From Hyphomicrobiales bacterium (GTDB taxonomy: Bacteria > Pseudomonadota > Alphaproteobacteria > Rhizobiales > TMED25): a stretch of 64,000 nt of DNA. The notes under the pieces are model-generated. The model made no database searches. It saw only the letters and a program-made list of their open reading frames with translations, and had not been told where the DNA came from. Positions within the stretch are counted from its first letter, which is position 1, and every line of letters starts with the position of its first letter. Positions 29,452 through 40,895 of the stretch are shown in pieces. The DNA lies in assembly GCA_049602435.1 (NCBI GenBank), contig JBMYRO010000006.1, positions 268 through 64,267 on the forward strand, given 5' to 3'. Made by a program: the position numbers and the translations under genes.

Positions 29452-30960
29452 ATGACATATTTTTCTCATTTATATCAAACTATTAAACTTGGAATATTAT
29501 TTTATAATTGTGAGTTGCCGGAAAAATTTGTCCCAAAAGAAAAAAACACAATCCTTATTAGGATATTCCGAGGGAAAAGAAAAAAAAATAAGACTTTTTC
29601 AAATGTATTAGAAAGCCTTGGACCGTCATACATAAAATTGGGTCAATTTCTTGCAACTCGCCCTGATATTATTGGAAGAGAACAAGCGAATGAACTCTCA
29701 TTCTTGCAAGATAATCTTCCAACTTTTAATAAGGATATCTCCATTGGAATTATTGAGAGTGAATTTAATACCAAAGTTGAAGATGTATATGATGAGTTTG
29801 GTGATGCAATTGCAGCTGCCTCGATTGCACAAGTTCACAAAGGGCTAATTAATACGGAACAAAAAGTTGCTGTAAAAATACTCAGACCGAACGTTGATAG
29901 GAAATTTAAAAAGGATTTTGAATATTTTTATTTTCTAGCAGATCTTTTTGAAAAGATTAATCCTGAATTAAAAAGATTAAAATTTAAAGACTCAATAATG
30001 ACTATGCAAAGATCCGTTCAGATGGAGATGGATTTGAGATTTGAAGCAGCAGCAATATCAGAAATTAGTAATAATATGCAAGCTGATGATGAATATGTTG
30101 TGCCAAGAGTATTTTGGGAAAAAACTACAAAAAAAATACTCACAATTGAATGGATAGAAGGAATTTCAATAAAGGATAGAGATCTATTGATTAAAAATGG
30201 TTTCAATCTTAAGGAACTTGCACGAATTGTTATCCAGTCATTTTTAACTCAAGCGTTAAGAAACGGATTCTTTCATGCTGACATGCATCAGGGTAATTTG
30301 TTAGTTAACACAGAAGGTAAACTTGTTATCCTTGACTTTGGAATTATGGGTAGGCTAGGAGAAAAAGAGCAAAATTTTCTAGCTGAAATTTTATGGGGAT
30401 TGATAACCAAGAATTACAAAAGGGCAGCTGAAATTCACTTTGAAGCAGGCTATGTACCAAAAGATCAAAGGCTTGATGAGTTCAGTCAAGCACTCAGGGC
30501 AATTGGTGAACCGTTAACAGGTAAAAAAGCCAATGATATATCTATGGCAAATGTTTTAACGCAACTTTTTGAAGTCACAGAACAATTTCAAATGGAGACA
30601 AGGCCAGAATTGTTGTTATTACAAAAAACAATGGTTGTTACTGAAGGAGTTGCAAGAGATTTAGATCCTGATTTAAATATGTGGGATATTGCTAAACCGG
30701 TTGTTTCGAAATGGATGGAAGAAAAAATTTCTCCAGAGAAAAAAATTAAAAAAACAATCGACGATATTTCAAAATTTGGTTCAGCAATAAATGACCTACC
30801 GGAATTAATTCATAGCGCAAAAATTGCTAATGAGAATTTTCAAAAAATAATGGATGCAAAAGATAAAAATAGAGAGAAACAAAATTTCTTTATGAAATCA
30901 TTTTTTTGGATTATAACACTCTTTATTTTGTTAAGTTCAGTTATAATTTTATTGGATTAA
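29452..30960 (+). CDS. ubiB: ubiquinone biosynthesis protein UbiB (ABC1/ADCK atypical kinase)
   Basis: Start moved to ATG 29452, just after the ubiE stop; the track GTG at 29404 overlaps ubiE. Motifs AAASIAQVH, VAVKILRP, FHADMHQGN, and a C-terminal TM. Confidence 0.9.
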   Translation: MTYFSHLYQTIKLGILFYNCELPEKFVPKEKNTILIRIFRGKRKKNKTFSNVLESLGPSYIKLGQFLATRPDIIGREQANELSFLQDNLPTFNKDISIGIIESEFNTKVEDVYDEFGDAIAAASIAQVHKGLINTEQKVAVKILRPNVDRKFKKDFEYFYFLADLFEKINPELKRLKFKDSIMTMQRSVQMEMDLRFEAAAISEISNNMQADDEYVVPRVFWEKTTKKILTIEWIEGISIKDRDLLIKNGFNLKELARIVIQSFLTQALRNGFFHADMHQGNLLVNTEGKLVILDFGIMGRLGEKEQNFLAEILWGLITKNYKRAAEIHFEAGYVPKDQRLDEFSQALRAIGEPLTGKKANDISMANVLTQLFEVTEQFQMETRPELLLLQKTMVVTEGVARDLDPDLNMWDIAKPVVSKWMEEKISPEKKIKKTIDDISKFGSAINDLPELIHSAKIANENFQKIMDAKDKNREKQNFFMKSFFWIITLFILLSSVIILLD

Positions 30961-30963
30961 TGG

Positions 30964-32163
30964 ATGTTAGATATCAAAGATAAAAATATACTCCTAGTTA
31001 TAAGTGGTGGTATTGCGGCATATAAGAGCCTTGAACTAATTAGATTATTAAAAAAGTCAGGGTCTAATGTTCATGTCATTCTCACACAATCTGCAAAGGA
31101 ATTTGTTACAGAGCTTACTGTTTCCCAATTAGCTCAAAATGAAGTTCATACAAACTTATTTGATTACCATAGTGAATTGCATATGGGGCATATAAATCTA
31201 TCACGAAGTATGGATTTACTTCTTGTAGCTCCTGCCACAGCTAATATTATTGCTAAAATGGCTAATGGGATAGCAGATGATTTAGCTTCTACAACATTAT
31301 TGGCATCAAACAAACCAATAATAATTGTTCCGGCCATGAACCCTCAGATGTATCAAAATGCAATTACAAAAAGTAATATAAAAAAAATTAGAGAGAATGG
31401 CATTCATGTCTTTGGCCCCTCTCACGGAGAAACTGCGTGTGGTGAAAATGGTATGGGTAGAATGGAAGAGCCTGTAGATATACTGGCGTATATTGTCGAG
31501 TTTTTTCAAAAAAGAACAAAACTTAAGAATAAGACTGCATTTGTTACAGCAGGACCAACAATCGAACCAATAGATCCAGTGAGGTATATAACAAATAATT
31601 CTTCTGGCAAGCAAGGCTACGCAATAGCAGCTTCATTATCACAATTTGGTGCAAAAACAACATTGATAAGTGGCCCATCAAATGAGCCAATACCAGACGG
31701 TGTTAATTGCATCAAAATCAATACAGCAAAGGAAATGCTTGATGCCGTTCAGAGTGTATCACCTGCTGATATTGGAATATTTGCAGCGGCCGTTGCAGAT
31801 TGGAAAGTAAAGAATTATTCCAATCAAAAAATAAAGAAAGATCGAAACGTTCCAAGTTTAGAATTAACTGAAAATATAAATATTATAAAAACTATTTTAA
31901 ATAATCCAAATACAAAGCCAAAATTAGCAATTGGATTTGCTGCAGAAACAGAAAATTTGATTGAGAATGCTAAAAATAAGTTAGAAACAGTAAACATGGA
32001 TTGGTTGCTTGCTAATGATGTGTCTGAGAAAAACAATGTTTTTAATGGTGACGATAATACTATAGTCTTTTTCAATAAATCAAATACAGAGAATTGGAAG
32101 AAAATGTCAAAGATGGATGTTGCAAATAAGTTATCTAATTTGATTTCAGAATATTTTGAATGA
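30964..32163 (+). CDS. coaBC: bifunctional phosphopantothenoylcysteine decarboxylase / phosphopantothenate-cysteine ligase
   Basis: 399 aa. Flavoprotein N-domain ISGGIAAYK and PAMN, then the ligase domain ITNNSSGKQG. Confidence 0.93.
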   Translation: MLDIKDKNILLVISGGIAAYKSLELIRLLKKSGSNVHVILTQSAKEFVTELTVSQLAQNEVHTNLFDYHSELHMGHINLSRSMDLLLVAPATANIIAKMANGIADDLASTTLLASNKPIIIVPAMNPQMYQNAITKSNIKKIRENGIHVFGPSHGETACGENGMGRMEEPVDILAYIVEFFQKRTKLKNKTAFVTAGPTIEPIDPVRYITNNSSGKQGYAIAASLSQFGAKTTLISGPSNEPIPDGVNCIKINTAKEMLDAVQSVSPADIGIFAAAVADWKVKNYSNQKIKKDRNVPSLELTENINIIKTILNNPNTKPKLAIGFAAETENLIENAKNKLETVNMDWLLANDVSEKNNVFNGDDNTIVFFNKSNTENWKKMSKMDVANKLSNLISEYFE

Positions 32164-32166
32164 TTT

Positions 32167-32622
32167 ATGAAAAATAAACTTAAAATTTTTAAAGAATCAA
32201 ATAGAGAAACTATCAAGCTTCCACAATATCAAACACCAGGTTCGTCGGGTCTTGATCTTGTTGCCAATTTAGAGCAAGATACTGAGCAAATTATTATTAA
32301 ACCTAATAAATGGGAAATAATTCCAACAGGTATAACAGTAGAGCTACCGGATGGGTTTGAAGCTCAAATTAGACCGAGATCAGGCTTAGCATACAAATAT
32401 GGAGTAACAGTTTTAAATTCTCCTGGAACAATTGATAATGATTATAGGGGTGAAATTAAAATCATTTTGATAAATCACGGTCACGAGGATTTTATTGTAA
32501 AAAATGGAGATAGAATTGCCCAAATGATTATTTCAAAATATGAACAAGTTGAGCTTGAAGAAATTGAATTTTTAACAGAAACATCAAGAAATGATGGTGG
32601 CTTTGGATCTACAGGTGTATAG
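32167..32622 (+). CDS. dut: dUTP diphosphatase
   Basis: 151 aa. [25 protein letters not shown]. Confidence 0.95.
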   Translation: MKNKLKIFKESNRETIKLPQYQTPGSSGLDLVANLEQDTEQIIIKPNKWEIIPTGITVELPDGFEAQIRPRSGLAYKYGVTVLNSPGTIDNDYRGEIKIILINHGHEDFIVKNGDRIAQMIISKYEQVELEEIEFLTETSRNDGGFGSTGV

Positions 32623-32636
32623 GTTTTTGATTTTAT

Positions 32637-33386
32637 ATGTCAAATAATGCAAAATTAAACGAAGAGGAACTTAAGAGATATTCAAAACAAATCCTCATAA
32701 AAAATTTAGGTGGTCCTGGTCAATTAAAATTGAAAAACACTAAAATAATAGTAATTGGAGCTGGGGGCTTGGGTGCACCGGTCATAATGCATTTATCAAG
32801 TGTTGGGATCGGTTGCATAGGTATAGTCGATTTTGATGAAGTGGATATTTCAAATTTACAAAGACAGTTTATACATAATGTAAATAGTGTAGGTTTACCA
32901 AAAGTAGATAGCGCCAAAACATTTGTGAGCCAATTAAACCCAAATATATTAGTTAATACTTATCAAATCGACGTCAAGGATAGGGAATTTAAAGATGTTA
33001 TAAGTAAATATGACATAGTTGTTGACTGCACAGATAATTTTAATACTAGATTTAGAGTTGCTGATCTATGTCAAGAACTTAAAAAACCATACATATTTGG
33101 CAGTGTAAGAGCATTCGAAGGACAGATTACATCAATTTTACCATCAAACAATGAACTTAAATACCCAAAGATTAGGGACTTATTTGATGAAGAAACATTA
33201 GAAGCTAATCAAGAAACATGTGCAGACGTAGGCATATTATCTATAACTACTACTCTTGTTGGAACTATTATGGGTGGTGAGGCTATCAAAATAAGCTTAG
33301 GTTTTGAAAATACATTAGTGGGGAAATTATTAGTAGTTGATCTACTTAATAATAAGTTTGAGACATTTTTATATGATAGTCATTAA
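32637..33386 (+). CDS. ThiF/MoeB/HesA-family adenylyltransferase
   Basis: 249 aa. RYSKQIL, GAGGLG nucleotide loop, and Cys in ETCADVGIL. I see no CxxC zinc pairs and no C-terminal rhodanese domain. Confidence 0.82.
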   Translation: MSNNAKLNEEELKRYSKQILIKNLGGPGQLKLKNTKIIVIGAGGLGAPVIMHLSSVGIGCIGIVDFDEVDISNLQRQFIHNVNSVGLPKVDSAKTFVSQLNPNILVNTYQIDVKDREFKDVISKYDIVVDCTDNFNTRFRVADLCQELKKPYIFGSVRAFEGQITSILPSNNELKYPKIRDLFDEETLEANQETCADVGILSITTTLVGTIMGGEAIKISLGFENTLVGKLLVVDLLNNKFETFLYDSH

Positions 33387-33966
33387 GAAGTATATATTAA
33401 ATAAAGTAACAATTATTTTTATAATCACTTTATGTATTATTTTTTTTGCAGTTAAGACTTTTCAAAATGCATTTAAAGAGTATGAAGAAGTTGTTGTAAG
33501 CTCATCAGATGAAATCACAAAAGCAAATAATAGTGATTATAATTTCAAAAGTCTACGGTCAACAAAGACAAACGTTAGATTAGGTCCTTCTTTAGAACAT
33601 AGTATCATTTGGACATATAATAAAAGATCGATCCCGATTGAAATACTAGAGGATGTTAATGGATGGAGTAAGATAAGAGACTTTGATGCTAATATTGGAT
33701 GGATAAAAAATACCCTTATTTCATCAAATAGAACTGGCATTATAGCCCCTTGGGAAGTTAATAAAGAAATTGAGATTTACCACGATTTATATACTACAAA
33801 GGACACTCTAAAAGTGAAAACAAAGTTAGAACCAGGTGTAATAGTATCGATAATTGAATGTGATGGGATTATTTGTAATGTAAATGTGGAAGATAGAGTA
33901 GGTTGGATTTCTCAAGAGCTCATATATGGTGTATATAGAGGGGAAGAAATATACTTAGCTGAATAA
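33373..33966 (+). CDS. SH3-like domain protein (DUF1058/COG3807 type) with N-terminal TM or signal anchor
   Basis: Start taken at ATG 33373. Two SH3b-like segments: NVRLGPS...GWSKIRDFDANIGWI and NVNVEDRVGWI. Confidence 0.65.
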   Translation: MIVIKKYILNKVTIIFIITLCIIFFAVKTFQNAFKEYEEVVVSSSDEITKANNSDYNFKSLRSTKTNVRLGPSLEHSIIWTYNKRSIPIEILEDVNGWSKIRDFDANIGWIKNTLISSNRTGIIAPWEVNKEIEIYHDLYTTKDTLKVKTKLEPGVIVSIIECDGIICNVNVEDRVGWISQELIYGVYRGEEIYLAE

Positions 33967-33976
33967 TATGAATTTT

Positions 33977-34411
33977 CTATTTTTCTGATAGAGTTATCAA
34001 AACATCTATTGATTTAATTTTTTTTCCTGGTGGTAATTCATAATTATCTAAAGTTATTTTAACAGCATCAGTTGAAATATCTTCTATTTCGTTTCCAGTT
34101 TTAACATGGTAATGATTTTCAGTGTTACGGTCATAATATGTTTTTTGATTATCCAGCTGGAGTGTTTTTATTAAGCCATTTTGTGAAAAATGATTAAGTG
34201 TATTATAAACTGTCGCGAGAGAAATTTTTAGATTTTTGATTTTTGTTTCATCATGTAGATCTTCAGCAGTAAAATGACCACTTTTAAGGTTAAATAGGAT
34301 ACTAGCCAAGGATACTCTTTGCTTTGTTAGTTTAATATCAGCCTTTCTGAGCATTCCCATAATGCATATCTTATTCATAAGAGGCTGTGTTTCTGATGTT
34401 TGGTTTTGCAT
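33977..34411 (-). CDS. irr: Fur-family regulator, Irr-like (iron response regulator)
   Basis: 144 aa. SLATVYNTLNHFSQNGLI, TYYDRNTENHYHV (HxH motif position), PPGKKIKSIDVLITL. Divergent from fabA-fabB-fabI, as irr is in Rhizobiales. Confidence 0.72.
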   Translation of the reverse strand: MQNQTSETQPLMNKICIMGMLRKADIKLTKQRVSLASILFNLKSGHFTAEDLHDETKIKNLKISLATVYNTLNHFSQNGLIKTLQLDNQKTYYDRNTENHYHVKTGNEIEDISTDAVKITLDNYELPPGKKIKSIDVLITLSEK

Positions 34412-34493
34412 TTAAAAATTAATCATATATATTAAAATTAGTTTTATCTAACTTATAATATAATAATATTAATGTAAATTATTGAATCTTTTT

Positions 34494-35003
34494 ATGTCTA
34501 AATTTAATAAGTCCTCCTTTACTTACAATGAATTAATTGAATGTGCTGAGGGAAAATTATTTGGCCCTGGAAATGCCAAGCTACCTCTGCCGCCGATGTT
34601 AATGTTTGATAAAATATCACACATAAGTGAAGAGGGAGGAATATTTTCAAAAGGTCAGATAATCGCTGAAATGGCAATAAAAGATGACTTATGGTTTTTT
34701 GATTGTCATTTTCAAAATGACCCCGTAATGCCAGGATGTTTGGGTCTTGATGCACTATGGCAGTTGTTAGGATTTTATCTGGGTTGGCTTGGAAGGCCAG
34801 GAAAAGGTAGAGCTTTAGGAGTGGGTGAGGTAAAATTTTTTGGAATGATTGATCCTTCTATAAAACTTATAGAATATAAAGTTAATATTAAAAAGTTAGT
34901 CACAAGAAACCTTACTTTAGGTGTAGCCGACGGAGAGCTCCTAGCGGATGGCGAAAAAGTTTATTCTGCAGAGGGTCTTAAAGTTGGTTTATTTGAAAAT
35001 TAA
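34494..35003 (+). CDS. fabA: 3-hydroxydecanoyl-ACP dehydratase/isomerase
   Basis: Start at ATG 34494; the track TTG is 12 nt upstream. Active-site FFDCHF, and PGCLGLDA. Confidence 0.95.
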   Translation: MSKFNKSSFTYNELIECAEGKLFGPGNAKLPLPPMLMFDKISHISEEGGIFSKGQIIAEMAIKDDLWFFDCHFQNDPVMPGCLGLDALWQLLGFYLGWLGRPGKGRALGVGEVKFFGMIDPSIKLIEYKVNIKKLVTRNLTLGVADGELLADGEKVYSAEGLKVGLFEN

Positions 35004-35017
35004 AAGGAGATAATTTT

Positions 35018-36232
35018 TTGCGTAGAGTTGTAATAACTGGAATGGGTATTGTTTCCAGTATAGGTAATAACGTAGATGACGTTAGGGAGTCTCTTTTTGA
35101 ATGTAAACCAGGTATTACTAAAGCAGTTGACTATGGCAGCTATGGTTTTAAGTCGCAAGTGTATGGCAACCCAACAATTGAATTAGAAAAATATATTGAT
35201 AGAAGAAAACTACGGTTTTTGGCTGATGGATCAGCATGGGCATATATATCAGCCGAACAAGCAATAGCAGATGCAGGCCTCACACAAAGTGAAGTTTCGA
35301 ATGAAAGAACGGGCCTGATAGTTGGTACTGGTGGACCATCAACAAGAGCAATAGTTAAGGCTGCTGATCAAACCAGAGAGCGGGGTGCAAAACATGTAGG
35401 TCCATTTGTTGTGCCTAAAGCCATGTGTTCAATGGCTTCAGCAACATTATCTACATATTTGGGAATTAAGGGGGTTAACTACTCTATTTCTTCAGCTTGT
35501 GCAACCTCAAATAATTGTATAGGGAGCTCATATGAACTCATTAAATGGGGAAGTCAGGATGTAATGATCGCTGGTGGAGGAGAAGAACTCGATTGGACAC
35601 TGTCTGTTACATTTGATGCTATGGGTGCAATGTCATCAAATTTTAATGATGAACCACATAGAGCAAGCCGTGCCTATGATTTAAATCGGGATGGATTTGT
35701 GATTGCTGGTGGTGCTGGGATTCTAATTTTAGAAGAATTTGAACATGCTAAAGCACGCGGAGCTAAGATATATGCAGAAATAGTTGGTTATGGTTCAACA
35801 TCAGATGGTAATGATATGGTATTATTATCAGGCGAAGGCGCAGAAAGGGCAATGAAATTAGCAACTTCAGATTTGAAAGAAGATATTGATTATATTAATC
35901 CACATGCAACATCAACGCCACAAGGTGATATAATTGAAGCAAATGCGATTAAGAATTTCTTTGGTAAAAATGTACCAATAATCTCTGCAACAAAATCTTT
36001 GAGTGGGCATTCATTAGGAGCTGCTGGTGCACATGAAGCTATATTCTCACTCATAATGATGGAAAATAATTTTATTTGTAAGTCCGCTAATATTGATACA
36101 TTGGACCCAAATTTTGAAGACATTCCTATAGCACTTGAAAGAAAAGAAAATAAAGAAATAAATGTTGTTATGTCAAATGCTTTTGGCTTTGGTGGAACAA
36201 ATGCGTGTCTAGTATTTCAGAAAGTCAATTAG
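35018..36232 (+). CDS. fabB: beta-ketoacyl-ACP synthase I
   Basis: 404 aa. TTG start with AGGAG RBS. Active-site SSACATS, HATSTP, GHSLGAAG. Confidence 0.93.
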   Translation: MRRVVITGMGIVSSIGNNVDDVRESLFECKPGITKAVDYGSYGFKSQVYGNPTIELEKYIDRRKLRFLADGSAWAYISAEQAIADAGLTQSEVSNERTGLIVGTGGPSTRAIVKAADQTRERGAKHVGPFVVPKAMCSMASATLSTYLGIKGVNYSISSACATSNNCIGSSYELIKWGSQDVMIAGGGEELDWTLSVTFDAMGAMSSNFNDEPHRASRAYDLNRDGFVIAGGAGILILEEFEHAKARGAKIYAEIVGYGSTSDGNDMVLLSGEGAERAMKLATSDLKEDIDYINPHATSTPQGDIIEANAIKNFFGKNVPIISATKSLSGHSLGAAGAHEAIFSLIMMENNFICKSANIDTLDPNFEDIPIALERKENKEINVVMSNAFGFGGTNACLVFQKVN

Positions 36233-37081
36233 ATGGATACCACAACAACTAGCTCAAATTTAAATTTATCTCTCATGAAGGGAAAGAGGGGTATCGTGAT
36301 GGGTGTTGCAAACGATCATTCCATTGCATGGGGTATTGCGAGATCTTTATCAGCAGCTGGCGCCGAAATTGCATTTTCATATCAGACTGAAACATTAAAG
36401 AAAAGAGTTGAGCCGCTTGCCAAGGAGTTGGGTTCAAATTTAATTTTACCTTGTGACGTCGAGTCTAGTGAACAAGTAATTGATTTTTTTAATAAAATTG
36501 GTAAAGAGTGGGGTAAAATCGATTTTCTTGTTCATGCAATTGCATTCTCAGATAAAAGTCAACTAAAAGGTCATTATTATGAGACAACAAAGGAAAATTT
36601 TATAAAAACAATGCTTATATCATGTTATTCACTTACAGAAATAGCAAGAGAAGCTCAAAAAATTATGAATGATAATGCGTCAATTATTACATTAACATTT
36701 GATGGTGCTAATAAAGTTATGCCAAATTATAATGTAATGGGAATTGCAAAAGCAGGATTGGAGTCTTCGGTTAGGTATCTCGCCTCAGATTTTGGTGAGA
36801 GAGGTATCAGAGTCAATGCAATATCAGCTGGTCCTATGAGAACATTAGCAGGTGGAGGTATTGCAGACGCAAGAGCCATGTTTAATTTCCAAAAAACACA
36901 TTCACCATTAAGAAGGACCATCACTCTTGATGAAATTGGCGGGGCATCAATATATCTTCTTAGTGATCTTTCTTCTGGTGTTACGGGCGAGGTACATTAT
37001 GTTGACTCAGGGTACAATATTATATCTACCCCACGCCCTGATATGCTTCAAGATAAAACAATTTACGAAAATCAAGATTAG
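36233..37081 (+). CDS. fabI: enoyl-ACP reductase (NADH)
   Basis: 282 aa. GVANDHSIAWGIA, Y-x6-K (MGIAKA), AISAGP. Confidence 0.93.
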   Translation: MDTTTTSSNLNLSLMKGKRGIVMGVANDHSIAWGIARSLSAAGAEIAFSYQTETLKKRVEPLAKELGSNLILPCDVESSEQVIDFFNKIGKEWGKIDFLVHAIAFSDKSQLKGHYYETTKENFIKTMLISCYSLTEIAREAQKIMNDNASIITLTFDGANKVMPNYNVMGIAKAGLESSVRYLASDFGERGIRVNAISAGPMRTLAGGGIADARAMFNFQKTHSPLRRTITLDEIGGASIYLLSDLSSGVTGEVHYVDSGYNIISTPRPDMLQDKTIYENQD

Positions 37082-37097
37082 GTTTTAAAGTAGGCGT

Positions 37098-39263
37098 TTA
37101 ATCTTTTTTCTTTTTCCTAGCTTTTTTAGGTTTAACCTCATCTTCAGTTGACTTGTCACCATTAACTTCAAGCCCTGTTTTTTGATCAAGTCCTTTCATT
37201 GACAACCTAGCCTTTCCTCTGTCATCAAAGCCAATTAGTTTTACATACACCTCTTCATCTTCATTAACAACGTCTGTCACTTGTGAGGTTCTTTCGTTGC
37301 TTAGTTGTGAAATATGTACTAATCCATCTCTTGGACCAAAGAAATTGACAAATGCTCCAAAATCAACAATCTTAACAATTTTACCCCTATAAATCTCTCC
37401 AACTTCAGGCTCATCAACGATCATATGAATTTTTTCTTTTGCCATTTCAATTGCATTCTTGTCAGCGGAGGCGATTGTTATAACCCCTGAATCTTCAACA
37501 CTTATTTTTGCTCCTGTCTGCTCAACCATTTCTTTAATAACTTTACCCCCTGAACCGATCACATCTTTTATTTTATCTACAGGAATGTTCATAGTAACAA
37601 TTCTTGGAGCATTATCTGCAACATCATCTCGTGAAGTTTTAATAGCTTTTTGCATTTCAGATAGAATATGTTTTCTTCCATCTTTGGCTTGATCAAGAGC
37701 TTTTTTCATAATTTCTTTTGTTATACCTGCTATTTTTATATCCATTTGTAGTGTGGTAATTCCCTTACTAGTACCTGCCACTTTGAAGTCCATATCCCCT
37801 AGATGATCCTCATCTCCAATAATATCAGATAGAACTGCATATTCTTTTCCTTCTAGAATTAATCCCATAGCAATACCAGCAATTGGCTCTCTTATTGGCA
37901 CGCCAGCATCCATTAGAGATAGGGAAGCTCCACATACACTTGCCATTGAAGAAGATCCATTTGATTCAGTTATTTCTGAGACAATTCTAATAGTATAAGG
38001 AAAATCATCTTTACTTGGAAGTAGTGGATGAATAGCCCTCCATGCAAGCTTTCCATGACCAATTTCTCTTCTACCTGTTGCACCGATTCTACCGACTTCA
38101 CCTACAGAATATGGAGGGAAGTTGTAATGTAATAGAAAATTTTCTTTTTTAGTACCATCTAGTGAGTCAATGTATTGTTCGTCTTCAGCTGTTCCAAGGG
38201 TTGTCACAACTAGTGCTTGTGTTTCACCTCTGGTGAAAAGTGAAGAACCATGTGTTTGGGCAAGTGTACCAACCTCAACTGATATTGGCCTAATGTCTGC
38301 CAAACCCCTACCATCAATTCTTTTTGAGTTTTTCAATATGAGAGTACGGACGATATCACTTTCTATATTTTTGAAAATATCAGATGCAGCAATATCATCA
38401 TAATCCTCTCCATATTCTTTTGATAATTCTTCAAATACAAAATCTTTGATTTTTGCAACTTCAGTGTATCTATCCTGTTTGTCAATGATTTTAAATGCAT
38501 CCTCTAATTTGACTCTCGCAATTTCTTTAATGAAGGTTTCCATTGTTGAGTGATCTTTTGATTCAATTTCCATCGGATCTTTGGCACATTTTCTTGCAAG
38601 ATTTTTGATCATTTCAATTACAACTTGCATTGAATCATGCGCAAACATAACTGCGTCTAACATTACTTTTTCACTTAACTCTGATGCTTCAGATTCAATC
38701 ATTAATATCGCATTTTTAGTGCCTGCAACAACTAGCTCAAGGCTTGTATCCCTCATTTCACTTGTGGTTGGATTTAATATATATTCATTATTTTGATATC
38801 CAACTTTTGCAGCACCTATAGGCCCTTTAAAAGGAATTCCAGATATGGTTAAAGCTGCGGAACAAGCTATCATAGCAACGATATCAGGATCATTTTCATG
38901 ATCATATGTTAACACTGTTGCAATTACCTGTGTTTCATTTTTAAATTCTTTTACAAAAAGGGGGCGGATAGGCCTATCTATAAGCCTAGAAATCAGGGTT
39001 TCTTTTTCTGTAGGCCGTCCCTCACGTTTGAAATATCCACCTGGAATTTTACCAGATGCATAGGATTTTTCCTGGTAATTTACTGTGAGAGGAAAAAAAT
39101 CAAGGCCTGGCTTAGGTTTTTTTTCTGCACAAACAGTGGCGATAACGGAGGTACCTCCGTATGTTACAATCACGGCTCCATCTGCCTGCCTTGCTATTTT
39201 CCCTGTCTCTATTTTGAGATTTCTACCACCCCAATTAATTTCTTCTGTATGTATGTTAAACAT
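37098..39263 (-). CDS. pnp: polyribonucleotide nucleotidyltransferase (PNPase)
   Basis: 721 aa. Two RNase PH domains, a KH domain (GSGGKVIK) and an S1 domain ([13 protein letters not shown]). Confidence 0.98.
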   Translation of the reverse strand: MFNIHTEEINWGGRNLKIETGKIARQADGAVIVTYGGTSVIATVCAEKKPKPGLDFFPLTVNYQEKSYASGKIPGGYFKREGRPTEKETLISRLIDRPIRPLFVKEFKNETQVIATVLTYDHENDPDIVAMIACSAALTISGIPFKGPIGAAKVGYQNNEYILNPTTSEMRDTSLELVVAGTKNAILMIESEASELSEKVMLDAVMFAHDSMQVVIEMIKNLARKCAKDPMEIESKDHSTMETFIKEIARVKLEDAFKIIDKQDRYTEVAKIKDFVFEELSKEYGEDYDDIAASDIFKNIESDIVRTLILKNSKRIDGRGLADIRPISVEVGTLAQTHGSSLFTRGETQALVVTTLGTAEDEQYIDSLDGTKKENFLLHYNFPPYSVGEVGRIGATGRREIGHGKLAWRAIHPLLPSKDDFPYTIRIVSEITESNGSSSMASVCGASLSLMDAGVPIREPIAGIAMGLILEGKEYAVLSDIIGDEDHLGDMDFKVAGTSKGITTLQMDIKIAGITKEIMKKALDQAKDGRKHILSEMQKAIKTSRDDVADNAPRIVTMNIPVDKIKDVIGSGGKVIKEMVEQTGAKISVEDSGVITIASADKNAIEMAKEKIHMIVDEPEVGEIYRGKIVKIVDFGAFVNFFGPRDGLVHISQLSNERTSQVTDVVNEDEEVYVKLIGFDDRGKARLSMKGLDQKTGLEVNGDKSTEDEVKPKKARKKKKD

Positions 39264-39281
39264 TCTTTTCCAATCTATTGT

Positions 39282-39554
39282 TTATCTTCTAATTCCTAAA
39301 TCTTTGATTATTTCTTTATATTTAGCTTCGTTTTTCAACTTTAAATAATCTAGCTGTTTACGTCTCTGACTAACTAGTTTGAGAAGCCCAGTTCTTGAAT
39401 GATTATCTTTCTTATGAGTTTTAAAATGTTCAGTTAGATTAACAATACGTTCAGTTAGTATTGCTATTTGCACTTCAGGTGAACCAGTATCACCATCAAT
39501 TCTTGCATATTTAGTTATTAGATCTTTTTTTGTTTCTTTTGTAATCGACATCAT
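39282..39554 (-). CDS. rpsO: 30S ribosomal protein S15
   Basis: 90 aa. [19 protein letters not shown]-like [11 protein letters not shown]. Confidence 0.97.
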   Translation of the reverse strand: MMSITKETKKDLITKYARIDGDTGSPEVQIAILTERIVNLTEHFKTHKKDNHSRTGLLKLVSQRRKQLDYLKLKNEAKYKEIIKDLGIRR

Positions 39555-39577
39555 ATTCTCCTATATTGTGTTTAAAT

Positions 39578-40495
39578 CTATTGCAAATTAAAAACTTTTT
39601 GTGGTTGAATTTGTCCATTAGCATATTTGCAGATAGCTACAATATTTCCTTCACAAGTAGCATAGACTTCACCAGAAAAAGGGTGTTCACTATCAATATA
39701 TTGGCTGATAGACATACCATTTTTTAATTTGCTGGCATTATGGTTGTTGACTTTAACTGCCAGGATGTCGTCCAGCACAGTCTCAATCGGTTCAACAACC
39801 TTAATCAGGTTATCTATATCATGGTTTTGTTGTGCAAGTCCATCAATAGATAAAATATTTTGTAAGTTGAAAGGTCCATAGTTAGTTCTCTCTATTTTTG
39901 TCACATGGCAACAGCAATTGAGAGATGTGCCCATATCTTTTGAAATTGATCTAATGTATGTACCTGTTCCACATCGAACTTTAAATGAGAATTCAGTTTT
40001 GGATATTTGTTCGATTAATTCAAATTTATCAATATAGATGATTTTTGATTTTTTTTTCATATCAGGTTTACTTCCCGCTCTTGCCAGAGCATAAGCACGA
40101 ACTCCATTTATTTTTTTTGCAGAGTATATTGGTGGAACCTGGTTTATATAGCCAGTATATGAGAGAACGAATTTAGTAATATCATTGATATCAGGGACAT
40201 TATTTGATGTTTCAATTATTTTACCCATTGAGTCATCGGTTTCAGTTGATATACCAAATTTGATATTAAATTTGTATGTCTTGTTTTTTTTGTGAATATA
40301 AGGGACTGTCTTTGTTGCCTCACCTATTGCGACAGGAAGCACACCTGTTGCCATTGGGTCGAGTGTTCCAGCATGACCAATCTTATGATCCTTAAATATT
40401 TTTTTTAAATCACTTATTATATTATTTGATGTTTTACCCTCAGTTTTAAAAATATTAATCCAACCATTTATTATGTTGATCTTATTTCTTGGCAT
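39578..40495 (-). CDS. truB: tRNA pseudouridine(55) synthase
   Basis: 305 aa. Catalytic Asp motif GHAGTLDPMATG. Confidence 0.95.
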   Translation of the reverse strand: MPRNKINIINGWINIFKTEGKTSNNIISDLKKIFKDHKIGHAGTLDPMATGVLPVAIGEATKTVPYIHKKNKTYKFNIKFGISTETDDSMGKIIETSNNVPDINDITKFVLSYTGYINQVPPIYSAKKINGVRAYALARAGSKPDMKKKSKIIYIDKFELIEQISKTEFSFKVRCGTGTYIRSISKDMGTSLNCCCHVTKIERTNYGPFNLQNILSIDGLAQQNHDIDNLIKVVEPIETVLDDILAVKVNNHNASKLKNGMSISQYIDSEHPFSGEVYATCEGNIVAICKYANGQIQPQKVFNLQ

Positions 40496-40516
40496 ATGTG
40501 ATTACCAATAAAGGAA

Positions 40517-40894
40517 TTAATTATTAGATACTTTATCTAACAAGCGATCAATTTTAGATGCATATTCAAAAGATGCGTCCTCTTTATAGATGATATAGGG
40601 TGTATATTTAAGAGATAAATTAGCAGCGATTTGCCCTCTAATATATTTAGAGTTTCTGTTTAGTGCTGTTACAATTTCTTCTGTATTATTACCCCCAAGA
40701 GGCATTACATATGCCGTTGCTTGTTTTAAATCTGGGCTTAATGTGACTTGTGTAATTGTAATTGATGTATTTATAAGATCAGGATCATGAATGCTTTCCT
40801 TGTAGAAAAATTCTACGAGGGATTTTTTTACCAACTCTCCTACTTTAAGTTGTCTTTGGCTGTAAATATTCTTTTGTATTTTGCTTTTTAGCAT
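40517..40894 (-). CDS. rbfA: ribosome-binding factor A
   Basis: 125 aa. Sits in the conserved position between infB and truB. Contains VTLSPDLKQATAY. Confidence 0.9.
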   Translation of the reverse strand: MLKSKIQKNIYSQRQLKVGELVKKSLVEFFYKESIHDPDLINTSITITQVTLSPDLKQATAYVMPLGGNNTEEIVTALNRNSKYIRGQIAANLSLKYTPYIIYKEDASFEYASKIDRLLDKVSNN

Positions 40895-40895
40895 T

